Source of the DNA: a virus
Lineage: Duplodnaviria > Caudoviricetes
Length of the DNA stretch: 64,000 nt
Direction: 5' to 3' (one strand)
Virus record (IMG/VR): IMGVR_UViG_3300017788_000018
Location: 842-64,841 of that record
The notes below the pieces were generated by a model, which was given only the letters and a program-made list of their open reading frames with translations, made no database searches and was not told where the DNA came from. Every line of letters starts with the position of its first letter. Position 1 is the first letter of the stretch. A program made the position numbers and the translations under genes. Below are positions 28,277 to 36,301 of this stretch, one piece after another.

Positions 28277-28438
28277 TTATAGGCCTTGTGGCCAGCCTTG
28301 CATCGTGTGTGAAAAAATAGTGTTGTTGAACATCTCTGTGTCTAGAACCATGCCAGTCTGGCCTCTCAGACCCATGTAGTCGGTGTCAACACAAACACTG
28401 TCTCCAACCTGATATTTTCTATACTTGACGTAGTTCAT
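28277..28438 (-). CDS. Family B (KOW/SH3-like) copy 9, degenerate C-terminus
   Basis: YQVGDSV...GLRGQTGMVL; lacks the YxVLL-P motif in frame. Confidence 0.55.
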   Translation of the reverse strand: MNYVKYRKYQVGDSVCVDTDYMGLRGQTGMVLDTEMFNNTIFSHTMQGWPQGL

Positions 28439-28458
28439 GGTGAATTTACAGGTCTCTG

Positions 28459-28743
28459 TTATGGCACTTCCTCGTTCTTTGTGCATTCCACGGAGTCTTT
28501 AGGAGTCAACTCGGTGGCATAGAACGCCACAACCTCTGGTTGTTCTTTGTGTAGTGGAGAGACCAATACACTGTATATGTTGGGAATGTTGTCAACCCAT
28601 GGGAAATTCACCTCAGGGAATTCAACTTCCTCAAGAATGATTCCTGAACTTTCATTGTACTTGCCGAGATAGGTGTTTTCACACCTGACAATCACCAGAT
28701 CGCCAATCTTGAATTGGGTATTCTTCTTTTCTGTTTTCGTCAC
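28459..28743 (-). CDS. Family B copy 8
   Basis: FKIGDLV...GIIL...YSVLVS...EQP. Confidence 0.8.
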   Translation of the reverse strand: MTKTEKKNTQFKIGDLVIVRCENTYLGKYNESSGIILEEVEFPEVNFPWVDNIPNIYSVLVSPLHKEQPEVVAFYATELTPKDSVECTKNEEVP

Positions 28744-28961
28744 CTAACCAACTCCAGTTGCGGTTCAATGGCCCAATAGTACACGGGCTTATCGCTGTCT
28801 GTCCTCGACAAGAGGACGCAATACTCAATCATTGTACCAGCGTATGGCTCTTTCTCTACTTTCAGAATTACGGCTGTGTCCCCGGAAAAGGCCTTGCCGA
28901 ATCTATGGATTTCGTAGAAATACACAAGGTCACCGACCTTGAATTTAGGCTCGGGTCTCAC
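28740..28961 (-). CDS. Family B copy 7
   Basis: FKVGDLV...AVIL...YCVLLS...DKP; GGAGG SD. Confidence 0.8.
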   Translation of the reverse strand: MRPEPKFKVGDLVYFYEIHRFGKAFSGDTAVILKVEKEPYAGTMIEYCVLLSRTDSDKPVYYWAIEPQLELVR

Positions 28962-29160
28962 TGTCCCTCCTTAGAGCAGTTAGAAGGTAGCCCCAGAAAG
29001 CTCGAATGATGGGAGCTTCCTTGTCTGGGTGTGTCACCAACACAAAGTACAGAAAGCCATTGTAGTTGTCCTCAACCTCATCTACCACCACACCTATTGC
29101 GCTGGGATCTCGGTTGATAGACACAAGGTCACCGACCTTGAATTTGAATTCGGGGTTCAT
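28945..29160 (-). CDS. Family B copy 6
   Basis: FKVGDLV...GVVV...YFVLVTHPDKEAP. Confidence 0.8.
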   Translation of the reverse strand: MNPEFKFKVGDLVSINRDPSAIGVVVDEVEDNYNGFLYFVLVTHPDKEAPIIRAFWGYLLTALRRDSETRA

Positions 29161-29240
29161 TCTTCCCTCCCTGTATCAGGGACAAGATCCATAACATCCA
29201 CTTTGCGAGGGGCAGGAGTCTCTTTGGAAAAGAAAGTCAT
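29157..29240 (-). CDS. 27-aa mini-ORF, family B C-terminal remnant
   Basis: MTFFSKETPAPRKVDVMDLVPDTGREE; ATGA overlaps at both ends. Confidence 0.55.
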   Translation of the reverse strand: MTFFSKETPAPRKVDVMDLVPDTGREE

Positions 29241-29494
29241 GGTTTTGTGGTGGTTAGGGTGCGAATAAGGTCGGATCTAAAGAAGGTTTCGAGAAAAGGC
29301 ACCTCTTTGCTTGGCATAGTCAAGAGCACCTCACATTGCTCAAAGCGGAGAGTGCCATCCCTGGCGATTCCGTGGTCACGAACCACCATACCAACGGCCT
29401 CTCTGTAAACAGGAAAGAAGTCGCACAGTGATGGTGCAGGTCTTACGATATCGCCTATTTCTAGCCTGATAGGGTTCTTAGCCTGTGAGGTCAT
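29237..29494 (-). CDS. Family B copy 5
   Basis: LEIGDIV...GMVV...CEVLLTMPSKEVP. Confidence 0.8.
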   Translation of the reverse strand: MTSQAKNPIRLEIGDIVRPAPSLCDFFPVYREAVGMVVRDHGIARDGTLRFEQCEVLLTMPSKEVPFLETFFRSDLIRTLTTTKP

Positions 29495-29706
29495 GTTGGT
29501 ATCAGTATCAGATAGGTGGTGCTGAAATACTCAAGTCTAGGTGTTTCATAAAAGGGATGAGTGACAAGCACCGTGTAGTAGTATTCCTCCATTGCCATTG
29601 GATTGTTCCGTTCGATGCCTACAATCAAACCGGTAGAATTGTGATAATGAAATAGGGCTGTGTTGAAACTAACGAGGTCACCCACCCTGAAACCAGGACC
29701 TGTCAT
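29491..29706 (-). CDS. Family B copy 4
   Basis: FRVGDLV...GLIV...YTVLVTHPFYETP. Confidence 0.8.
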   Translation of the reverse strand: MTGPGFRVGDLVSFNTALFHYHNSTGLIVGIERNNPMAMEEYYYTVLVTHPFYETPRLEYFSTTYLILIPT

Positions 29707-29918
29707 TTCTTCACCAAAATGAGACATACGGCGGGGATGTTCATCATCACAGGTTCCTCTCTGTTAGGATAGGTGGTGAGAATGTCGCAGTGCGGGAGGC
29801 GATCGGCCTCGTGCACGGCCACGACAATAGCCTTTGCCCCTCGGAGGCCAGTGAAGTACATCATACTTGTCGGTTCAGCAAACTCCACAATGTCGCCAAC
29901 TTGAAAATTGTTCTTCAT
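29703..29918 (-). CDS. Family B copy 3
   Basis: FQVGDIV...AIVV...CDILTTYPNREEP. Confidence 0.8.
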   Translation of the reverse strand: MKNNFQVGDIVEFAEPTSMMYFTGLRGAKAIVVAVHEADRLPHCDILTTYPNREEPVMMNIPAVCLILVKK

Positions 29919-30199
29919 TCTGGCAACCATCGGCTAAGTTCAAATTCCCAATAGCTGTGCACAACAGGAGCTTCTAAGTCTGGAATGGACATTAGTATCC
30001 TATAGTTCCACCGCTGCCCTCGAAATTCGGCCCAATCTGATTTCCGACAAGTACAGGTAAGCACCATTCCCCTGACCCCTTCGTGTCTTAGGATGCTGCC
30101 CATGTTAAGGGCAGACTTAAAGTCTAGGCTCAGGATTACCATGTCCCCAACCTGGAACTTTTGCTTCTTCGGCGTAGAGGAGTTTGCATTTTCAGTCAT
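29915..30199 (-). CDS. Family B copy 2b
   Basis: FQVGDMV...GMVL...YRILMSIPDLEAP. Confidence 0.8.
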   Translation of the reverse strand: MTENANSSTPKKQKFQVGDMVILSLDFKSALNMGSILRHEGVRGMVLTCTCRKSDWAEFRGQRWNYRILMSIPDLEAPVVHSYWEFELSRWLPE

Positions 30200-30410
30200 T
30201 GTGCACCCGTCTAAGATTGCATTCTCTGAATATATGGAGACGGGGTTCCTCAGCCTTTTGCATAGAGAGGAGTACGGTATACCGTTGCGACTCCCCAATC
30301 CAAGGGTCGTAGATGACATCCACAATCATTCCCCTGGACCCAACGAAATCATGATGTGGGAGATTGCAAGGTTCCACAATGTCTCCGACCTTAAAGAATG
30401 GCACTGTCAT
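30192..30410 (-). CDS. Family B copy 2a
   Basis: FKVGDIV...GMIV...YTVLLSMQKAEEP. Confidence 0.8.
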   Translation of the reverse strand: MTVPFFKVGDIVEPCNLPHHDFVGSRGMIVDVIYDPWIGESQRYTVLLSMQKAEEPRLHIFRECNLRRVHND

Positions 30411-30616
30411 GGGTCTACCTTTGCCGGTACAAGCTCATCCTCGAAGAAAACTCTCAATGTCGGTGTTTCAAGGTGTGGCTTGGTCAGTAGCACCTTGTAA
30501 TACAAATCGTCTCGATCGTAGCCAACCACGATATCAACTGACCCTTCCAAGCCTCCGATAATTCTTTGAAGGCGAGCATCCGGTTCAACACGGTCTCCAA
30601 TATTGAATCGTCTCAT
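30407..30616 (-). CDS. Family B copy 1
   Basis: FNIGDRV...YKVLLTKPHLETP. Confidence 0.8.
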   Translation of the reverse strand: MRRFNIGDRVEPDARLQRIIGGLEGSVDIVVGYDRDDLYYKVLLTKPHLETPTLRVFFEDELVPAKVDP

Positions 30617-30671
30617 GGTACACTCGTTGCTTAAAGCCTACCATATTCACAAAGAGAGAATAAAGGAATTC

Positions 30672-31049
30672 CTAGCCAACCCGAATGATCGGGCAAATCT
30701 TCACGGAATCCTCGTAGTGGGACTTTCGCTTCTTTGCCGGGAGGGTGTCCCTTGACTTGGAGTGGTAAGGATGCGTGCGGCGAATCATCGGGCTTTCCGG
30801 CTGCACCATGGAGATATAGACTTTGTTCTCTTCCATGAAGTTCTCGTACCAATCAAGCTCTCGATGGAGATTTTGGATTTCGTATGTGGTGTAGTCCACC
30901 CCGTTGAACACAACGGCTTCCTTTTTTGACAAGAGCCTTTCCAGCTTCTCTAGGGCATTCAGATAATCCGAACGGACCTTGTTGAGTCTCTCCTTGGTCA
31001 GGGGTAAGGAGGCACCCACAGTGATTTTAGCTTTGCTCATATGTGCCAT
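30672..31049 (-). CDS. Hypothetical protein
   Basis: GAGGGG SD before ATG 31049. Confidence 0.6.
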   Translation of the reverse strand: MAHMSKAKITVGASLPLTKERLNKVRSDYLNALEKLERLLSKKEAVVFNGVDYTTYEIQNLHRELDWYENFMEENKVYISMVQPESPMIRRTHPYHSKSRDTLPAKKRKSHYEDSVKICPIIRVG

Positions 31050-31072
31050 CCCCTCTCTCTCTCTCTCGGACC

Positions 31073-31104
31073 AAAATAAATAGGCGAGCCCACAGGGGCT
31101 CGCC
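31073..31104 (-). terminator. Intrinsic terminator
   Basis: GGCGAGCCC/GGGCTCGCC stem with TATTTATTTT on the minus strand. Confidence 0.7.
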
Positions 31105-31113
31105 AGGGTTGGC

Positions 31114-31935
31114 TCACAGAGTCCGCTCAAAAATTGTTGCTGGATCTACTTCTGAGCTTAGGCAGTATCGGCTGACCTTACCGTTAACGAGGAAGTCCAC
31201 ACGATAAGTCTTTCGTGCACTTAGGACCGTATATGTAACGAATTCCTTTAGCTGCTGCGCTCGGGCGGAGAGTACGGGGGGAGGTCCATGGAAACGAATG
31301 GTACCATTGGGCTCAAACCCAAATCCAAGCTCCTGGAGTGTGGTTCCGTTAGATCCAAATTTGAGCTTTTCGAAAATCTTGTTCTTCTCACGCAGACGCG
31401 TCTCCATGAAATTCCGAATTTCTGCTGTTCGATTCGAAATCTTCCGACCTCCGGCGTCTTCCGTGAGCCCAAGATACAGAAGTTGGTCGTATACTACTCG
31501 ATAAAACCCGGACGTGGGTCGAATAACCTTGGCTGCGGGCGACCAGTATAGGTTGCTTGACAAGTTCGCAGCTAGCTCTGGGAGCTTCACTACCGGCAAA
31601 TTCCAGATTGGATTGCTCAGAAGAAGCATGTTATTGAAGTCATGGAGTTGACTGGCCTCTGCTCCTCCACGTCGAAGGGTGGCTTCAGACGAATTGACTT
31701 TGTTGCAGAATCGATAGACCTTTCCCTTTTGCAGGAAAAATCTTCCTTTCGTGCTGTTAATGCGCTTTTCTGACTTGGGCCATGGAATGGCCTGGGCCTC
31801 ACGGGCCCATTCCATGAAGAGTTTCGTGAGCCCTCGGCGCACAGCCGTCGCTCGTGCCCCATTTTGCACAAACTCGTTGCTCATTGTTCTCTTTGCGAAC
31901 GAGTGTTGCTTCGGTCGGTTCTTTTTGGATCTCAT
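31114..31935 (-). CDS. Hypothetical protein
   Basis: 273 aa; C-terminal VDFLVNGKV resembles other small beta families here. Confidence 0.7.
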   Translation of the reverse strand: MRSKKNRPKQHSFAKRTMSNEFVQNGARATAVRRGLTKLFMEWAREAQAIPWPKSEKRINSTKGRFFLQKGKVYRFCNKVNSSEATLRRGGAEASQLHDFNNMLLLSNPIWNLPVVKLPELAANLSSNLYWSPAAKVIRPTSGFYRVVYDQLLYLGLTEDAGGRKISNRTAEIRNFMETRLREKNKIFEKLKFGSNGTTLQELGFGFEPNGTIRFHGPPPVLSARAQQLKEFVTYTVLSARKTYRVDFLVNGKVSRYCLSSEVDPATIFERTL

Positions 31936-31962
31936 AGGGGGGAGTGCTTTGGGAAACGGAAT

Positions 31963-32427
31963 TCATTTGACAATGTTGATCGGAATCAGAGGGCCCTTGG
32001 GTCCGTGAACCTTGTTGTCCGCAATGTCATACATTTCCCGCTGCTGCTCCGACAAGGTCCAGTAGGAACCGGTGAGCTTATGGCGGAACACGAGCCAGCC
32101 CACGAGCATGTCAGGAAGCATCACGTTGTAAAGCGTGTAACAATCTGCGATCCCAATGCGCTTACCGAGCGACACAACGGAGGTGTCCACAGGAAGGGAG
32201 GCATGGTGCTGGGTTGCCGTATTGTTTGGGGCTCCTGACAGGAGGTGTCGATATAGTGCGGTGTTACGGTACTGCGATAGAAAACTCTCCCATCTCACTT
32301 CCCATGGAGCACTAGACTTAGCGCCAAACGATGAGGGTGAGGGCCCGCATGTGCAAGCCAACGGAAGATTGGTGAAAGTAATCCGTTCAGAGGTAACGAA
32401 AAGCCCCATGGGCAAACGATCGTACAT
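31963..32427 (-). CDS. Hypothetical protein
   Basis: Fills the gap in a minus-strand run. Confidence 0.55.
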   Translation of the reverse strand: MYDRLPMGLFVTSERITFTNLPLACTCGPSPSSFGAKSSAPWEVRWESFLSQYRNTALYRHLLSGAPNNTATQHHASLPVDTSVVSLGKRIGIADCYTLYNVMLPDMLVGWLVFRHKLTGSYWTLSEQQREMYDIADNKVHGPKGPLIPINIVK

Positions 32428-32464
32428 GGTTCTGTTCTGTGAGAGAGTTTACTGGAAACCAAGC

Positions 32465-32674
32465 CTATTCGGCCAGGTCGTTCTTCCACTCGGTCTTGCG
32501 GCGCTTCTTTCGGCGCTTGTCCTCATGGGTACCGGCACCAGTACGAAAGGAAGCCTGGACGATCATGTCCGACTTGGCACCGATCACGAGATCAACGGTT
32601 GAGGGCAGCGACTTGCGTGCCTTCTTGCGGTTTCGGTTGCGGGCCTTGCGGCTATTCTTTCGAGACTTGCTCAT
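32465..32674 (-). CDS. Small very basic protein
   Basis: K/R-rich, GAGTHEDKRRKK; first gene after an early promoter. Confidence 0.7.
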   Translation of the reverse strand: MSKSRKNSRKARNRNRKKARKSLPSTVDLVIGAKSDMIVQASFRTGAGTHEDKRRKKRRKTEWKNDLAE

Positions 32675-32713
32675 GGTCAGACCTATAGATATGGGAGAAA
32701 TCCCAACAATACC

Positions 32714-32758
32714 AGTATAACCCATTTCCGAGCCACTTTAAACCCTTATTTTGCAAGG
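32714..32758 (-). promoter_or_regulatory. sigma70-type early promoter
   Basis: CCTTGCA-AAATAAGGG-TTTAAA-N17-TATACT. Confidence 0.8.
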
Positions 32759-32779
32759 TAAATTGGCTATTCATCAACG

Positions 32780-33049
32780 CTATATTTGTCGTTGAAGAAT
32801 TGCCTTGATTCCGTATCTAGCTGTTTGTCCAGACTTGGGTTGCGAACAAGGTTCTCTTTGTGTTGATTGAGAAGAGTCGCCAGGGCGGGGCCTTCCTTTG
32901 CCGTGGCAGGAGCAGGCACCAGGAAGGAGGGCAAGGGCAAGGTTTTGACTCCTTGCCATTGGAGCATTGATTGCTGCCTCTGGAAGGCTCTCTGTGTCAC
33001 TGTTCATCGCCTCCCTGAGGGAGAACCTGGGCTTTCGTTGAATCGTCAT
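32780..33049 (-). CDS. Hypothetical protein
   Basis: ATG 9 nt after TATTTA; the overlapping 32767-33000 frame is an alternative. Confidence 0.45.
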   Translation of the reverse strand: MTIQRKPRFSLREAMNSDTESLPEAAINAPMARSQNLALALLPGACSCHGKGRPRPGDSSQSTQREPCSQPKSGQTARYGIKAILQRQI

Positions 33050-33094
33050 ACTGAGCCTTAAATAGCCACCGGCTCGAGGCCCTTACGCAGGGAC

Positions 33095-33131
33095 AAACGA
33101 AAAAGGACAATGGATTTATGTCCATTGTCCT
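33095..33131 (-). terminator. Intrinsic terminator
   Basis: AGGACAATGGA/TCCATTGTCCT 11-bp stem with a T run on the minus strand. Confidence 0.85.
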
Positions 33132-33172
33132 CTTAAGGAAACAACCTAGGTCTTAGGTTACTTCAACTTACT

Positions 33173-33430
33173 TCACTTCCACTTACGAGCAGGAAGCTTG
33201 ACGCTTGCGAGACCCTTGATGTGGCGCTGGAACGAACGACCAGCGTTCAGGGTTGCGGCATCCAGAAGGAACTCAGCCATGCGTGCACGACCAATGCGGT
33301 ACTGGTAGGTTGCTCCGTTGCTGAAACGGATGCGGAGGGTTCCGGTGCCGTTCGAGGTGGTGGGCGCAAGGAAGGAGCAGCTACGAACGAAGGAGTTGTC
33401 GGCAAACTGGCGGTAATAACGTGCGGTCAT
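33173..33430 (-). CDS. KTSC domain protein
   Basis: LRIRFSNGATYQY...AGRSFQRHIKG. Confidence 0.7.
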   Translation of the reverse strand: MTARYYRQFADNSFVRSCSFLAPTTSNGTGTLRIRFSNGATYQYRIGRARMAEFLLDAATLNAGRSFQRHIKGLASVKLPARKWK

Positions 33431-33551
33431 GGTTGTATCTTTCTTTTGATGGTGAATCACTTTTGGTTCACCTGATCCGGTTTGTTGCCTATTCCTGCCA
33501 TCATTGGCAGGCTCTCGGCTTTCCTAACCGGGGAGTCATCTGACATATATC

Positions 33552-33583
33552 AATGTATCACAGCATCTTTGAACTTTAAACCA
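33552..33583 (-). promoter_or_regulatory. sigma70-type early promoter
   Basis: TGG-TTTAAA-N17-TACATT with extended TG. Confidence 0.7.
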
Positions 33584-33596
33584 GTTTCGTTTCTTC

Positions 33597-34100
33597 TTAA
33601 CCCAGCTCTTTTTGGTAAAGAGCAACGTCCGCAGCACGACGCTTCTCCATTTCTTGGAGAGCCTTGCGGCCCTCCAGCAGCAATTGCTGAACCTGCTCAC
33701 GAGTAAGCACTACTCCACGGTTCTTGGGTTGGTGGGGTGGCTGCTGGTGGATTGAGACCTGCTTTTCACCTTCTTCCTTCAAGGGAAGCTCAGGGTAAAC
33801 ATTCCCGACCTTGTCGGTTTCCATGAGAACAATGGAAAGGTGAGAATTGGCCTCATCCGTGGCTTTCTGGTTTGCCTCGGCCCGCTCGGGATCGGTTGTG
33901 CCAGACTCCCTGGCCAGGGAGAGATAGGCGACCGTGGCAGCCTCGTGGAGGCGGGAAAACTGAGCCCTTAGACGATCAATCTCGGTCAGCAGGTTGCGAA
34001 GGATGACACGTTGCGTGTTGTTTTTCCGCTCTCCCGCCATGAATTCCCTGTCGAGTTCTACTAATTTCTCACGGAGAAGCTTTTCTGTGTGTTTGTCCAT
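33597..34100 (-). CDS. Hypothetical helical protein
   Basis: 167-aa ORF; LLTEIDRLRA. Confidence 0.7.
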   Translation of the reverse strand: MDKHTEKLLREKLVELDREFMAGERKNNTQRVILRNLLTEIDRLRAQFSRLHEAATVAYLSLARESGTTDPERAEANQKATDEANSHLSIVLMETDKVGNVYPELPLKEEGEKQVSIHQQPPHQPKNRGVVLTREQVQQLLLEGRKALQEMEKRRAADVALYQKELG

Positions 34101-34112
34101 GTGTGTGGGTAC

Positions 34113-34703
34113 TCAGTGCTTTCTATGGTTGATTTCTGGGGCATAGGACTTGAGGCTCGGGTCACCTTGGGCAATAACCTCAGGAAGGTTGCTTGGATAC
34201 GAGAATGCGGACCAGCCAATCCTACCTTCTCTTAGAAACTGAAAGTTCCAAACTGTCGTGGCTTCCTGCACCCACTCATTGCGATTCCGCTTCTTAACAT
34301 AATTGATTTCCGAGGACACAAAGGAGCGGAGGACAATCATTTTCTCGTCAGCCTCCACTCTGATTTCCTTGCGGTTTCCGAACATCGTAAATACGCTCCC
34401 GGCGCTATCTCTGTAGAGATTCCACGGCGGCCATCGTGAGTGGAAATCCAGAGCAATTCCTCTGTGCTTAAAAGACTCTAGAGGCTCCAACTCATGCATG
34501 AGGCAGTATTGAGAGCCGGGCACGCACACCAGAGAACCAGGAGGATATGTGTAGTCCCCCGTTTCAAGCAGATTCGACTGCAAGGCCTCGATGTAGATTG
34601 TTTCAAGGGTCTGGAGAAACCTCGGATATTCCTCGGGGAGGTTTTTCCGAAGGTCATAGATTTCCCTGAGAGCATGCTGCAACTCTGTGGATTCTGTGGA
34701 CAT
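34113..34703 (-). CDS. Paralog family C copy 2
   Basis: NLPEEYPRFL...PPGSLV...WPPW...REGRIGW...LPEVIAQGDP. Confidence 0.75.
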   Translation of the reverse strand: MSTESTELQHALREIYDLRKNLPEEYPRFLQTLETIYIEALQSNLLETGDYTYPPGSLVCVPGSQYCLMHELEPLESFKHRGIALDFHSRWPPWNLYRDSAGSVFTMFGNRKEIRVEADEKMIVLRSFVSSEINYVKKRNRNEWVQEATTVWNFQFLREGRIGWSAFSYPSNLPEVIAQGDPSLKSYAPEINHRKH

Positions 34704-34776
34704 ATTTTCCGTGGACACGTTGGCGCTCACAACGAAATGGGTGGGAGAAAGGTAGGATTGACTGGCAACAACAGAT

Positions 34777-35334
34777 TTACCGGTATGGATTGAAGTTGGG
34801 ATCGCCCAAGGTAACAATTTCAGGCATGTCCGTGTCGTCGGCCCAAATCCAACCGAGGGAGCCATTCCTCATAACCTGAATTTCGATGCCGTGGTCGTCC
34901 TCGGGCATAATCAGAGAGCGAGTAACAAGCAGGGGCTCAGAGGAGCAGTCAACATCTTCACTATATTGGCAGAGATATTTCATGTGAAGGTTGAAATAGC
35001 TAATACCCTCAGATATGGGCCACAGAGGCCACTTTGCAAAGAAAGCCGAAATTTGGGCACCGAACTGGTCCTCGGGCACAGTTAGAAATCCAATTTCCCG
35101 TATCCATGGTTTCCGTAGATTATCAGGCGACAGCGGCCACCGGATCATGGAACCAGGCGGGATCTGAGGACAGAGAGACACGACTCCCGTCTCTAGATCG
35201 AGGAGATTGAGAGTCTCGGCACGATCGAGAAAGCGGGGAATGTCCTCGGGGAAATTTTCTGAGGCCTGCTGGGCTTCCCAGATAATTTGTTCCCTGTATT
35301 TTGGATTGAATGGCGAGCGGTCGGAGGGGTGCAT
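34777..35334 (-). CDS. Paralog family C copy 1
   Basis: NFPEDIPRFL...PPGSMI...WPLW...RNGSLGW...MPEIVTLGDP. Confidence 0.75.
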   Translation of the reverse strand: MHPSDRSPFNPKYREQIIWEAQQASENFPEDIPRFLDRAETLNLLDLETGVVSLCPQIPPGSMIRWPLSPDNLRKPWIREIGFLTVPEDQFGAQISAFFAKWPLWPISEGISYFNLHMKYLCQYSEDVDCSSEPLLVTRSLIMPEDDHGIEIQVMRNGSLGWIWADDTDMPEIVTLGDPNFNPYR

Positions 35335-35370
35335 GGTCGAACCGTGTCCTTTGTTGCTCTCTATGGGAAT

Positions 35371-35413
35371 CAGAAAAGACCAAGGCTCCCTCCGTGGCGG
35401 GAGGGAGCCTTGG
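35371..35413 (-). terminator. Intrinsic terminator
   Basis: 14-bp stem CCAAGGCTCCCTCC/GGAGGGAGCCTTGG followed by TCTTTTCT. Confidence 0.85.
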
Positions 35414-35419
35414 GAGCTT

Positions 35420-36211
35420 TTACTCCTCAAACTTGTTGTAAGAGGCGTACTCCTCAAGTGCATCCACCTGAACGAAACGCAAGGTCTCACGCTCCGAGAG
35501 AACCTCATCCTTCTCAAGGAGAACAGCGGTCAGCTTGCCGCCGAACACGCAGCCGGTGTCGATTCCGTGGCAGGCACCACGGGAGTTGGAACCGTTCCAG
35601 GTCTTAGGCTCACCACGACCCACAACGTTGTGTCCGAAGAGAACGTCCTCGGGACCATCGTAGACTTCTGCCCAATAGACAGACTGAGGTGGCTGGCGGA
35701 AACCCGGCATAAGGAGCGGAAGCATCATATGCTTCGACTCGCTGATGAACCGGACCATGGTGAGGATCTCCAGGGGCAGAGTCTCAGGGTCACGGCCGGG
35801 AGTCATGCCAGCATGAACGATGATGGCATTGTTCTCAGGAAGGCGGATAAGCCCCGGAAGCTCCGAAAGCCAGTTAAGGTCATCCTGACTCAAATTCTGA
35901 ATCGTGTACTCCTGATCCAGATCGGGCTTCATGGGATTGCGGTAATTCTTGTCCCTACGGGCACGAGCAAGGTGACGAGCCCTGCGAAGGAGCTTGCCCT
36001 CATGGTTTCCTAGGACGCACTCACCATGCTCCCGAACGAAACGAACCACGCCCGCACTGTCGGGGCCTCGATCCACAAGGTCACCGGCCACGATGAGACG
36101 GTCTGCACCCGGATCGAATTGCACCTTATCGAGCAAGGCCTTAAGCTCCGTAAGGCAGCCATGCACATCGCCCACGACGATCGTTCGCTTGAATTGCGTA
36201 TTTTTGTCCAT
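35420..36211 (-). CDS. PPP/ApaH-like metallophosphoesterase
   Basis: GDVHG, GDLVDRG, GNHE, VHAG, FGH, IDTGC. Confidence 0.92.
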   Translation of the reverse strand: MDKNTQFKRTIVVGDVHGCLTELKALLDKVQFDPGADRLIVAGDLVDRGPDSAGVVRFVREHGECVLGNHEGKLLRRARHLARARRDKNYRNPMKPDLDQEYTIQNLSQDDLNWLSELPGLIRLPENNAIIVHAGMTPGRDPETLPLEILTMVRFISESKHMMLPLLMPGFRQPPQSVYWAEVYDGPEDVLFGHNVVGRGEPKTWNGSNSRGACHGIDTGCVFGGKLTAVLLEKDEVLSERETLRFVQVDALEEYASYNKFEE

Positions 36212-36216
36212 AACCT

Positions 36217-36261
36217 ATAATAGCACGTTTTGCACAGCCTTTAAAGGCTTAAATTGCAAGG
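36217..36261 (-). promoter_or_regulatory. sigma70-type early promoter (likely leaderless transcript)
   Basis: CCTTGCA-ATTTAAGCC-TTTAAA-N17-TATTAT; ATG 5 nt downstream. Confidence 0.8.
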
Positions 36262-36301
36262 AAAACGTCGCTATAAATAGGGCTGGACCTGCGAATCTAG
36301 C

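Noticed and set aside
31050-31067. (CT)7 microsatellite
   Set aside because: Short, and it forms the purine-rich SD region of the downstream minus-strand gene; no evidence of phase variation.
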